From an uncultured Gammaproteobacteria bacterium (GTDB taxonomy: Bacteria > Pseudomonadota > Gammaproteobacteria > CAWCPV01), in contig CAWCPV010000002.1 in assembly GCA_963797555.1 (NCBI GenBank), forward strand, positions 1 to 64,000: a DNA stretch of 64,000 bases. The letters are read 5' to 3'. Below are positions 21,812-31,338 of this stretch, one piece after another. How positions within the stretch are numbered: position 1 is the first letter of the stretch; each line of letters opens with the position of its first letter. Under the pieces are notes generated by a model. It did not search any database and was not told the origin of the DNA. It worked only from the letters and a program-made list of their open reading frames with translations. The position numbers and the translations under genes were made by a program.

Positions 21812-22760
21812 CGCTTTCCCCTCCGAGGTCGCGCCAGGCTGCGCGCAGGTATCGCGTATCGACCGGAGATCCCTCCGCGCCAGCGAGTATGGCGGCGAGG
21901 CGTAGCGTCTTGGTGACTGCGCGCAGAGATCCAGGTGTCTTCGCGATGGACCCAAGAAAGTCGCGCTCGGCCTTGCCGTGGACCCGCCAGGCATCAGCCA
22001 CGGCCTTGACATCATCTGCCAGCGCCCCCGCGAGATAGAGCCGTTTCCCGATGCGCGAGAAGAGCTGAGCGAACTCCGCGGCGCGAGAGCCGCCCCGCAG
22101 GCGATGGTACACGGTCTCGTTGCCCGCCAACGCCAACCCAATGCCGCACGCATCATGGAGCGCCCGCAACTCTTCCAGCGCAGCCACGCTCAGGTGCTGG
22201 CACTCGTCGACGATCAGCAGGCCGCGGGTATCACGCATGCGGCGGAGCAGTTCCCGCCGGAGCCTGGAGGTCCAGCCGGGCAGCTCGCGCATGCCTACCG
22301 CTTCGGCGATCTCTTCGAGAACAGCCTTACAGCCGCTGATTGCTGGGCTAACCGTTGCGGCCCACGTACTGGGGCTCGTCGCGGCATAGCGGCGCAAGGA
22401 AACGGTCTTCCCCACTCCGGCCGCGCCGTATACAACGGCGAGATCCCCGGCCATCTGAGCGAAGCTCAGTGTGATGAGTATCTTGCCGGCGGTGGGTGTT
22501 TCTATCCAATCGGGGCTGACCGGAAGTGCCGTCTGAGCCCGTTGGCGCCGGCTCACCAGCCAGGTCTCGATCTTTCCCTCCACGGCTACGCTGTCGCCCT
22601 CGTATTCGCCCTTCAGCCAGCGGCTCAGGGCGGATCCGGAGATCCCTGCCTCACGGGCAATGCGAGCCTGGGTCTCGCCTTCCTCGAGAAGAGCCTGGAT
22701 ACTGGCTCTCAGGCCCCCTTCAACAGGCGTTTCAAGCAGTTTGATTACGGCGTTGCTCAT
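21798..22760 (-). CDS. MuB-like AAA+ transposition ATPase
   Basis: N-terminal HTH, Walker A GAAGVGKT, Walker B LLIVDECQHL, AQLFSRIG. Confidence 0.93.
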   Translation of the reverse strand: MSNAVIKLLETPVEGGLRASIQALLEEGETQARIAREAGISGSALSRWLKGEYEGDSVAVEGKIETWLVSRRQRAQTALPVSPDWIETPTAGKILITLSFAQMAGDLAVVYGAAGVGKTVSLRRYAATSPSTWAATVSPAISGCKAVLEEIAEAVGMRELPGWTSRLRRELLRRMRDTRGLLIVDECQHLSVAALEELRALHDACGIGLALAGNETVYHRLRGGSRAAEFAQLFSRIGKRLYLAGALADDVKAVADAWRVHGKAERDFLGSIAKTPGSLRAVTKTLRLAAILAGAEGSPVDTRYLRAAWRDLGGESDANR

Positions 22761-22845
22761 GGTAAAGTAACCTCGTTCTCTGTTGGCGGCATGCGCCGCC
22801 GGGTCGCCTCCACCCTGGGCATGGTGTCCGCCCTGCCCAGGGCAC

Positions 22846-24818
22846 CTAAAAACCTATTACCCTGCGAAGGGTGGCGTCGACATCAATGTCGGAACCATCC
22901 TCTGCAGGATCGTCAGTGCGCTGCAGCCTGGGGCGAAAGATTTCGGCGACATTGGGTGGCGGAATGTCAGGCGTCTCCGGCTCGCATTCCGGCCACCGCC
23001 TGGTAGCCGCCATGTCGCGGCGAGCCCGGTCCTCCAGTTTGCGGGCTTTCTTGTAAGCGCCTTGGGCGCGGGCGTGATCCTTGCCAGCCTGTTGATCTCG
23101 AAATCCCGCAGGATCTATAAGCGGTGCCTCGCAGATGAATCTTCCGCCGTCGTAAAGAGCTATAGGGACCGTCGCATCCTCCGGATCAAACCGCGCAGTA
23201 TAGGGTCCGCGGCTGCGGATCTCCGAAAGTTTTGGGCTCCAGTAGTGATTCTTGAGTAATACGATGCGGTGGTCTTTTTGCCTCAGCCTGACGCTTTCAG
23301 CGGCGAGCAGGCAGAGGCGCATTTGCTCCTTCGTCGGTTGACGCACGGTGGTGTGAGGAAGGAGATCCTTATAAACCTGCAGGGGGCTGCACCCATTCAT
23401 GCCCTGGCCGCGATGGGATTCATCGGCGTAGAATGAGATCTCGCGCTCCAGCCGTTTAACATAGGCTTCTAGCGGAACCGCGTTTTTCACATCGAATTCT
23501 TCTGGCCGATCTGTTGGTGAGTTACCGCAGAATGAGCCAGCAAACTCCGGATGTCTGTCAACCCGGTCGGCCATGATTCTGAACCAACTTTCCACAGGTT
23601 TTGCGGCGCCACGTTCCGGCTTTACGAAGACAACCTGGATTGAAAGGCTCGCGAAAATTCCCAGCGGATCGTCTGGCCTGATTTTGCCGCGGTAGCGGGT
23701 CGGTTGCCCGGAGCTGAGCAGGCGCCCGGCGTAGCCGCGCCCATTGTCCACGAGAACCTCATTCGGCAGTGCCCGCGAATACGCAATCGCCTTGCGAAAG
23801 GCGAGCCGAATAAGATCAGCGGACTCCGTCCGCCCGACGACGAATCCAAGCACCAAACGAGTCCGAACATCGCGCCAGAGCACCACGGTGGGGCGCGCCC
23901 GAGAGCCATCGGGCCAGCGGCAAAACACATCGGCTCGGCGCCCATCGGACTCCCACAAAGAATGCAGCCCCAGCGCCGTGTAATCGCGCCTCTGCGCAGG
24001 AAAAGTCTCGGCAAGCGCCTTGGGTCCGTGCCGTCCCAGCATGACGCGCCAATGAGGAAGCTGCCGAAGCCGGCGGCGGGCAGACTCGTAGGTCGGGACC
24101 ATCAAGCCGAGCGGCTGCGCCCAACGCTCGACCTGGCGAGGCACTGCCTTAACGATTGCCGGCTCTGCCGCAAATACAGGTCCTCGATCCGGAGCCACAC
24201 ATCCGAGGGAATCTCCTGGCGCGTTGCGCAGCCCCGATATCGTGGAGCCAGAGCGGGCAGCCAGTCCGCTGGGTCAAGGTGTTCCACCACTTTCACCCAG
24301 CGCCATATCGACGATTCGCTCGTTTCAAAGAGACCCGCCACCGCGAGGTATCGCGCCCCCTTCGATCCCTCGATCTCGTGAAATTTCAACACGGCGCGGT
24401 GCCGTTTCTCGGCAGTGGCCTTCGCCCTCGCCAGAAGCCCGTCAAACCACTGCCAACAATTTGCATTTTGTTCTGGGGTGAGGCGCTGGAGATCGGCTTC
24501 CGGCCGCTGATCGTTGACGCTGGCATCCGCGGCAATCTGAGAGCCCGGCGTGAGCACATCGTGCTTTCCGATCTGGTGGGCAGCCTGGACCGCGACTGGA
24601 AGAGATGACACCAACACCTCGTAGCGCCTGCCAGCCCGGCCGCTTCCGCGAACCTCGCGAACCCGCAGCCGCGCCCCGCCGCGCCATATCTGCCCCCGCT
24701 GCGCCGCGCGGAGAGCCTTATGGGCTGCTTGCCGCGTGATGCCCGCGAGATTGGCAAGGTCCGACGTTCCAATCCAGGCGGCCCGTTCGGGTGGTCGAGT
24801 GGGTGAATGGCGGATCAT
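22846..24818 (-). CDS. MuA-like DDE transposase with one frameshift near 24190
   Basis: N-terminal Mu DNA-binding domain (RYEVLVSSLP), W.PALAP, WESDG, VDNGRGY and AKPVESWF motifs. Confidence 0.9.
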
Positions 24819-25051
24819 CCCGGCAGGGCGGGCTCCAAGGAAGCCTCCGGAGAACCTCGGATAGGCGAGGCACCGGCGCGTTTCATGCCAAGAGCGACGG
24901 CTATCTGATGCCCTTTGCCGCGCGTGGCCTTGAGCTAGCCGCTCATCACGGCGTAGACGGTCCGCACCGCGTATCCGTGTTGATGCGCCCAACTGGCGAT
25001 GGTCTCACCACGCCTGGCGAAGCCAGCCTTGATCTGGCGCCTGCTTTTCAT
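24815..25051 (-). pseudogene. Ner-like (BcepMu gp16-type) DNA-binding protein with an internal TAG at 24935-24937
   Basis: F.RRGETIASWA..HGY...VYAVMSG*LKATRGKGHQIAVALGMK; divergent from the repressor. Confidence 0.75.
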
Positions 25052-25140
25052 TCTTGAGCAAACCGTGTCATGATGGTGCACAATTTCTGACAACCAGACG
25101 ATAGAATACTCACGAATCATGTATTGTGCAAGAAGTCTCC

Positions 25141-25782
25141 ATGTTTTCTGAACACACCTTCGAGGGCGTGGCTCAGAGGCTCAAGGATGCTCTGGGACTC
25201 AAGAGCTTCAACGCACTCGCCCGCGCGTTGGGGATATCGTCTAGCTCGTTCTCGAACAGGAAGCAGACTAACTCTCTGCCCTACAAAGCCATCGTGGATC
25301 TAGCACTGTCGCGCAACGTCAGCCTCGATTGGCTGTTCTATGGCCAAGGGCAACCGTTCCGAGGGGGCGATGAAACGGAGGTCTCCCCCGGCTCCGAGGT
25401 CCGACCGCGGTTGCTGATGGAAATTTACGCTCAGTTGGTCCCCCCGTTGCGCGCGCCTGGTAAGTGGCAAAGCGAGATCGGGTTGGATAAGGCGGATGCG
25501 GAGCTACTGGAAGACCTTCAGTTCGAAGCGTTAAGGCGTGATCTCTTCCAAGTCGCCAGGGCTGGCGATATCTACAACAAGGTGGCGACCATTTCGAGCG
25601 AGAAGAAGCGCAACGAAATAATCCGGCGGGAAGTGAAGGCCACGTGGGACGCCTGGGACTTGTACTTGCTCGCCGCGGAGCTTCAGGGAGCTGGGCGAGT
25701 GCCGCCAGCACAACCGAACGCCGATAAAGACAACCATGTTCGCGAGGACCGCCCGGCGAAGGCAGCTGATGAACCAGAGTAG
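25141..25782 (+). CDS. Phage CI-type HTH repressor
   Basis: RLKDALG....ALARALGISSSSFSN...NSLPY...VSLDWLFYG. Confidence 0.82.
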   Translation: MFSEHTFEGVAQRLKDALGLKSFNALARALGISSSSFSNRKQTNSLPYKAIVDLALSRNVSLDWLFYGQGQPFRGGDETEVSPGSEVRPRLLMEIYAQLVPPLRAPGKWQSEIGLDKADAELLEDLQFEALRRDLFQVARAGDIYNKVATISSEKKRNEIIRREVKATWDAWDLYLLAAELQGAGRVPPAQPNADKDNHVREDRPAKAADEPE

Positions 25783-25849
25783 CGGAGCGGGAGGTGCAGC
25801 CCTCCGGCGCGGTATCCGCGGAGACGCCTGACATTCCGCCACCCCAATG

Positions 25850-26410
25850 CTGGGAGCGGGGAGAAGAGCAACACTGGCAGGCGCGGCTGTGGCACCGGCT
25901 GGTGCAGTAAGGTCCCGCGGACCACTGGGTGCGGGTGCATGATGCCTTCCTGCAAGCCCTGAACGCGCAAGGTATGGCGGACCGGCTATCGCGGCGGGTG
26001 TCCATGTTCGCCGTGCCGGGCGCTGTCGCCGAGCTACCTGGATCTGCTCGCCCGCATCGCCGAGCGCACCGAAGTGCACCTGTTCTGCCTCACGGCATCA
26101 GAGGATTACCCCGCCGACCTGGACGATCCGCGGCGGCTCGCCCGGCGCAGGGACCGGCGGCGGCGCGCTGGAGGGGTCGACGACAGCGCCTAACGCCGAT
26201 CTGGGGAATCCGCTCCTGGCCTCGCTCGGGCGCATGGCCCAGGCATTCGTCTCCCAGCTTCAGGACTACCCGCACCAGGACGTGGACGCCGGCCCGACTT
26301 GGAGGCCAGGGCATGGCCTGCTGGCTGTCCGCTCGCTCTCGCCGAGCGCCTGGGCGTCTGCGCCAACGTGGCCTTCCCGCTCCCCGCCGGCTTCCTCTGG
26401 GAGGTGTTTC
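25850..26410 (+). pseudogene. recC: Fragments of exodeoxyribonuclease V gamma subunit captured inside the mini-Mu
   Basis: WQARLW, YLDLLARIAERTEVHLF, GNPLLASLG and LGVCANVAFPLPAGFLWEVF motifs. Confidence 0.75.
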
Positions 26411-26412
26411 GG

Positions 26413-26651
26413 GGTTTACCCATAGGTTTACCCAGGTCTTTGGGCCTGGCAGCTAGAGCCGCAATGGTTTCCGGCTTTAGTTGTAAACCACGGGTAAACT
26501 ACGGCTTCGTGGTTGTAAACCAATTCTCGTGTCCCGGCGGGGCCTGGCAGCTAGAGCCGCAATGGTTTCCGGCTTAGTTGTAAACCACGGCTTCGTGGTT
26601 TACCCATAGGTTTACGCGACTTGTAAACCAATTCTCGTGTCCCGGCGGGGC
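26413..26651. repeat. Interleaved direct-repeat array with about nine GTAAAC/GTTTAC boxes
   Basis: ~50-bp repeat at 26442 and 26540; 30-bp repeat at 26513 and 26621; GGTTTACCCATAGGTTTAC twice. Confidence 0.85.
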
Positions 26652-27494
26652 TTCTCGGGCCGCCGAAGCACGCTAACCTATTGTTTGAAGCGGATTGCAA
26701 AATTTCTGCAAGACCCTTGCAACGTTGGGCGCGATCTGTCAAACCAGCCGTGTAAAATGGCCGGGGCCATCTCTCTAAGCTGCCTTGCTGCCTGATTCGC
26801 GGGTGAACTCATTTCCATCCGAACGCTCACCAGCACAACGCTGTTCCTGATTGTCCCGCGATGGCTCGCTTCGTCCCCATCTTTCAGTCAAACCTGAGGT
26901 GGAATCTCACGCTGAGGTACCGGTGGTGGGCGCAGTGCGGGATTTGCAGGGTCTGCACTTGGCGCCGGTTGCTGACCCGGCGGACTCGGCGCTGTGGAAT
27001 GGGCTCATCGACCGGTACCATTATTTGGGCTACCGGCCGCTGCCCGGTGCCCAGCTGCGCTATCTGATTCGCTGGGACGCGGGTGTGGTGGGGGCCATGG
27101 GCTTCGGGGCCGCGGCCTGGAAGGTGGGCGTGCGCGACCGCTGGATTGGCTGGGATGCGCCAAGCCGTGCGCAGCACCTGGGGCAGGTGCTGAACCATGC
27201 GCGGTTTCTCATTCTGCCGTGGGTGCGGGTGGCGAACCTGGCCTCCAAGGTCCTCGGGCGGGCCGCGCGGCAGGTGCCGGGCGAGTTCGAAGAGCGCTAC
27301 GGGGTACGCCCGGTGCTGCTGGAGACCTTTGTCGAGGCCGGCCGGTTCGCGGGCACCTGCTACCGGGCGGCCAACTGGCATCATCTGGGGCAGACCACCG
27401 GGCGGGGCAAGCTCGACCGTGAGGCGCTGCCCATCAAGGATGTCTATGTGTATCCGCTCGATGGCCGCTTTCGCCGGGCGCTCGGGGGAGCCGC

Positions 27495-28829
27495 ATGAAT
27501 GCCCTGGCCGAGGAGCTGGCCGCCATCGACTTGGGTGATGCGCGCCTCAACCGCCGGGCGCGACGCACCCTGGAGAAGCTGGGAGCCCATCCCATGCAGA
27601 GCATTCCCACCGCCTGTGGCGGCTGGGCCGAGACCTTGGCGGCTTATCGGCTGTTCGACCATCCCCAGGTCACCGCCCAGGCGGTGCTCGAGCCCCATTA
27701 CGCCTGCACCGAGCAGCGTATGCGCGAATACTCGGTGGTGCTGTGCATCCAAGACACCACGGAAGGGGACTATAGCGGCAAGAACGACATCGTCGGGCTG
27801 GGCCCGCTCAACTACGAGACCCGCCGTGGATTGTACCTGCACCCCACCCTCGCCGTGACCCCCGAGCGGGTGCCCTTGGGGCTATTGGATCTATGGAGCT
27901 GGACCCGCGAGGCGGGCAGTCTGGGCAAGGAGCAGGGCCGCCGGCCCATCGAGGAAAAAGAGAGCCTGCGCTGGCTGGAGGGTTATCGACGCGTCTCGGA
28001 GCTCATCGAGTCCCTGCCCGAGACCCAGTTGGTCTATGTCGCCGACCGCGAGGCCGACATCTACGAGGTGCTCGCGGAACGCGCCGCCACGCAGCCCTGC
28101 GCCGAGTGGCTCATCCGCGCCGAGCGCGCCCGGCTCGCAAGCGCGCCGGTGCTGGCCGAGGCCGAATTCGACCTGCCCGCCACCGCTAGGCGTCCGGCGC
28201 GGCGCATCCACCAGCAACTGCGCGTCGCACGCCTCACTTTCAAGGCCCCGCATCGCTCGGACCGCACCCTGGCGGACATCGAGGTGAGCGCCGTGCTGGC
28301 CCGCGAGGTGGACCCGCCCCAGGGCGAGGAGCCCATCGAGTGGCTGCTCCTCACCAGCCTCCCCGTCGAGACCGCCGAGCAGGCCCTGGAGAAGCTCCAA
28401 TGGTACCTCTGCCGGTGGCAAATCGAGGTGTTCTTCAAGATCCTCAAAAGCGGCTGCCGCATCGAGAAGCTGCAGCTCGAGACCCTCGAACGCCTGGAGC
28501 CCGCGCTCGCCTTCTACCTCATCATCGCCTGGCGGGTGCTCTACCTCACCCTGCTCGGGCGCGACTGCCCGCAGATGCCCTGCAACGTGGTGTTCGCCGA
28601 GGAGGAATGGCGCGCGGTGTATATCGTCACCAAGCGCCAGCCCCCGCCTGAGACACCCCCCTCGCTCGATGCGATGGTGCGTATGGTGGCGAGCTTCGGC
28701 GGCTTCCTCAATCGCAAGGGCGACGGCTTCCCGGGTCCGCAAAGCCTGTGGATCGGGCTGCAGCGAACCCGCGACTTCGTGCTCGCCATGGACGCACAAC
28801 GGGCCTCACAGAGCCCGAGATGTGTATAA
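27495..28829 (+). CDS. IS4 (IS50-group) transposase
   Basis: LGDARLNRR, IQDTTE, VADREADI, YLCRWQIEVFFKILKSGC. Confidence 0.95.
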   Translation: MNALAEELAAIDLGDARLNRRARRTLEKLGAHPMQSIPTACGGWAETLAAYRLFDHPQVTAQAVLEPHYACTEQRMREYSVVLCIQDTTEGDYSGKNDIVGLGPLNYETRRGLYLHPTLAVTPERVPLGLLDLWSWTREAGSLGKEQGRRPIEEKESLRWLEGYRRVSELIESLPETQLVYVADREADIYEVLAERAATQPCAEWLIRAERARLASAPVLAEAEFDLPATARRPARRIHQQLRVARLTFKAPHRSDRTLADIEVSAVLAREVDPPQGEEPIEWLLLTSLPVETAEQALEKLQWYLCRWQIEVFFKILKSGCRIEKLQLETLERLEPALAFYLIIAWRVLYLTLLGRDCPQMPCNVVFAEEEWRAVYIVTKRQPPPETPPSLDAMVRMVASFGGFLNRKGDGFPGPQSLWIGLQRTRDFVLAMDAQRASQSPRCV

Positions 28830-30572
28830 CGACATGACTCTATGAGGCGTTGGATTGGGCGGCCTCACAGCAGCAGGCCATCGAGGATCGACTGTATCAG
28901 GACGCGGTGCGCCGCACGGGCGAGACGCCGGCTCTGATGTTATACGATGTCAGCTCCTCTTACTTGGAAGGCGAGCAAAATGAGCTCGGGGCCTATGGCT
29001 ATCACCGCGACGGCAAGAAAGGCAAGCCGCAAATCGTCATCGGCTTGCTCACCGCCAAAGATGGCGAACCGCTTAGTGTAGAGGTCTTCGAAGGCAATCG
29101 CACCGACCCCCAGACGCTCGGCTCTCAAGTCGAGAAGCTCACCGAGCGCTTCCACGTGAAAGAGGTGGTTCTAGTGGGCAATCGGGGCATGATCAAGGCC
29201 CAAGGCAAGGAGCGCCTGAATCAAGCGCATCTGAAGTACATTACGGCGCTCACCGACCCGCAGATCCGAAAACTCATTAAACAGGACGTCCTTCAGCCCG
29301 ATCTCTTCGATGAGCATGTGGTGGAGGTCCATCACCAGGGAAAGCGCTTGGTACTTCGCTGTGATCCGGCCACCCAACGCAAGGAGCGTCATCGCCGCGA
29401 GGATAAGCTGCAGCGGTTGAGGGGGCTCATTGAAGAGCGCAATGGCTTCGTCGCGCAGTCGCCCCGAACCAAGCCCGAGGCGGGATTGAAAAACCTGCAG
29501 GGCTGGGCACGTCGCCATAAAATCGCCGGGTGGGTCCACTTGACACTGAACGGTAGAACCCTCGAACTGCAAATCGATGCGCAAGCCAAACAGGACGCTG
29601 AGTTGTTGGACGGCTGTTATTGTATTGAAAGTGATGTGCCGTCGGCTGACCTCACCAAAGACGAGATCCATGATCGCTACAAAGATCTGCAAACCGTGGA
29701 GCGCAACTTCAGACGACTCAAGACCGGCTTCTTGGAAGTCAGACCCATCTCTGTGCGCAAAGCCCCAGAACGCGCGGGCATGTCTTTATCGCCATGCTCA
29801 GCCTCAAGGTCCTGCGCTTGATGGAACAACGACTGCACGCCGCCTTTGGCACTACCCACGACAATGACCAGGCCGAAACCGTCGACAGCGCCGTAACGGC
29901 GCTGTCGCGATTGTGTCTACAACACTACCAAATCGGTGAGCAGGAGATCGTCGGCCTGCCCCGCCCCGATCCCCGCCAGCAACAAATCCTCTCCGCCCTG
30001 CAAGTCACACTCACCGCTCCTTGATCTCCTTTTGATCTCCTTGTAGCCAGGCAAAACCTCCTGCTGTTTGGCTAAAGTCCTTTGTTCCCAGTCTGTTAGA
30101 CCCATTCGCCGGCTCTACGCTGGGGGAAGATCCGTCAGAGGCAGCGGCAACGTGTTCGCCGATCTCGGCCTGGCCGACGCCGATGTGGAGCAGACCAAGG
30201 CGCTGTTGGCCGCTGAAATCATCAAACTCCTGGACGAGGAGGGGCTGTCCGTGCGCGAAGCCGGAAGGCGCACCGGCGTTGCCTACACGGATTTTTCCCG
30301 TATCCGCAACGTCGACCTCGACCGCTTCACCATCGACCGGCTGATGAAAATTCTTGGCCGCTTCGACCGGCACGTCGAAGTTCAGCTCCGCGTAACGCCG
30401 CGCACACTTGAACCGGCGTGACCGATGCTCACGAAAGCCGCGCGGTTCATGGACTCCGCGCTGCTGGCACTGTGCGTCGTCGTGTCGGGCACCTTTTTTG
30501 TCTGACGTCAATTACTCTGTCCGGTTGACGACAACTAGAATGGCCGCTCTGTAGTGTAGGCGGTAGTTGTCG

Positions 30573-31338
30573 TCAGCTCTTGTTCGATACCTCCTGGTTG
30601 CGGGTTGCTTGGCGCTTTCGGTAGCTCTGCCCGTTGAGCTCGATGATGTGGGCATGGTGGACGAGCCGGTCGATGGCGGCGACGGCCATCATGTTGTCGG
30701 GGAAGATCGCATCCCACTCGCTGAAGGGGTGGTTGCTGGTGATCAGGAGACTGCCGCTCTCGTAGCGGTGGGCGATGAGCTCGAAGAGCACGGAGCTTTC
30801 CATCTCGGTGCGCTTGACGTAGCCGATGTCATCGAGGACGAGCAGCGGGTACTTGTCGAGCTTGGCGAGCGCATCGCTGAGCCTGAGGGCCTGTTTGGCG
30901 GTTTGAAGCTCCTGGACGAGGCTGGTTGCCGAGGCGAAACGCACCCGCACCCCTTGGCTGATGAGCCCGTGCCCAATGGCTGCGGCGAGATGGGTTTTGC
31001 CGACGCCGGAGGGCCCGAAGAGCAGGAGGTTGTCGGTGCGCTCGACCCAGGTGGCATCCTCGGCGAGCTGCACGATCTGCTGGCGGTTCAGCCCGGCGCT
31101 GGCCGTGAAGTCGAAGTGCTGGAGCGTCTTGCCCGCGGGCAGGCGGGCATCGTTGAGGTGGCGCTCCAGGCGCCGCCGCTCGCGTTCGGCGAGACTCGTG
31201 CTCGCAGAGCGCGGCGAGATAGTCGGCGAGGCTCCAGTGGTGCTCGAGGGCCCGGGTTTGCAGCGGTTGATACAGCCGTGCCATGGTCGGCAGGCGCAGC
31301 TCCCTGAGCAGCAGGGGCAAGGTGGCGGCGTTAGCCAT
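30573..31338 (-). CDS. istB: IstB ATPase (frameshift near 31195)
   Basis: GPSGVGKTH, LLVLDDIGY and AIDRLVHH motifs. Confidence 0.9.

Larger units (their letters stand above)
13902..26909. mobile_element. Mu-like transposable element lacking virion structural modules (mini-Mu / candidate satellite)
   Basis: TG...CA ends; 5-bp TSD CGCTG (13897-13901 and 26910-26914); TTCCACCnnnGGTTTGAC-like sites at 13907, 13929, 26737 and 26886; MuA/MuB/repressor genes. Confidence 0.92.
13619..27498 (+). pseudogene. DUF4338 (DruA-like) protein split by the mini-Mu: 13619-13901 plus 26915-27498
   Basis: Removing the insert and one TSD restores in-frame ...DWPA-EVPVVG...; YHYLGY, RFLILPWV.V.NLAS and LLETFV motifs. 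Confidence 0.85.
13510..28836 (+). mobile_element. IS4-family (IS50/Tn5-like) element with a DUF4338 passenger, interrupted by the mini-Mu
   Basis: TIR CATG(G/T)CGTTATACACATCT resembling Tn5 ends; 10-bp TSD ACTCTATGAG (13500-13509 and 28837-28846). Confidence 0.92.
12949..30134 (+). mobile_element. IS1634-family element inserted in the second HTH gene copy; transposase split into 13108-13509 and 28837-30024
   Basis: Perfect 14-bp TIR CGGATCTTCCCCCA; TSD TCAGA; LLRESYRE..KVKKRTLANLS, LYDVSSSYLEG and GYHRDGKKG motifs. Confidence 0.92.

Noticed and set aside
26413-26651. CRISPR array
   Set aside because: The repeats are interleaved and shuffled, without unique spacers of regular length, and no cas genes are present.
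13902-26909. Intact inducible prophage or Tn7/CAST element
   Set aside because: No structural or lysis modules and no TniQ/TnsD or Cas genes; the regulators are Mu-type.
13619-27498. Complete Druantia defence system
   Set aside because: Only a split DUF4338 gene inside IS ends; no DruE helicase or other dru genes.
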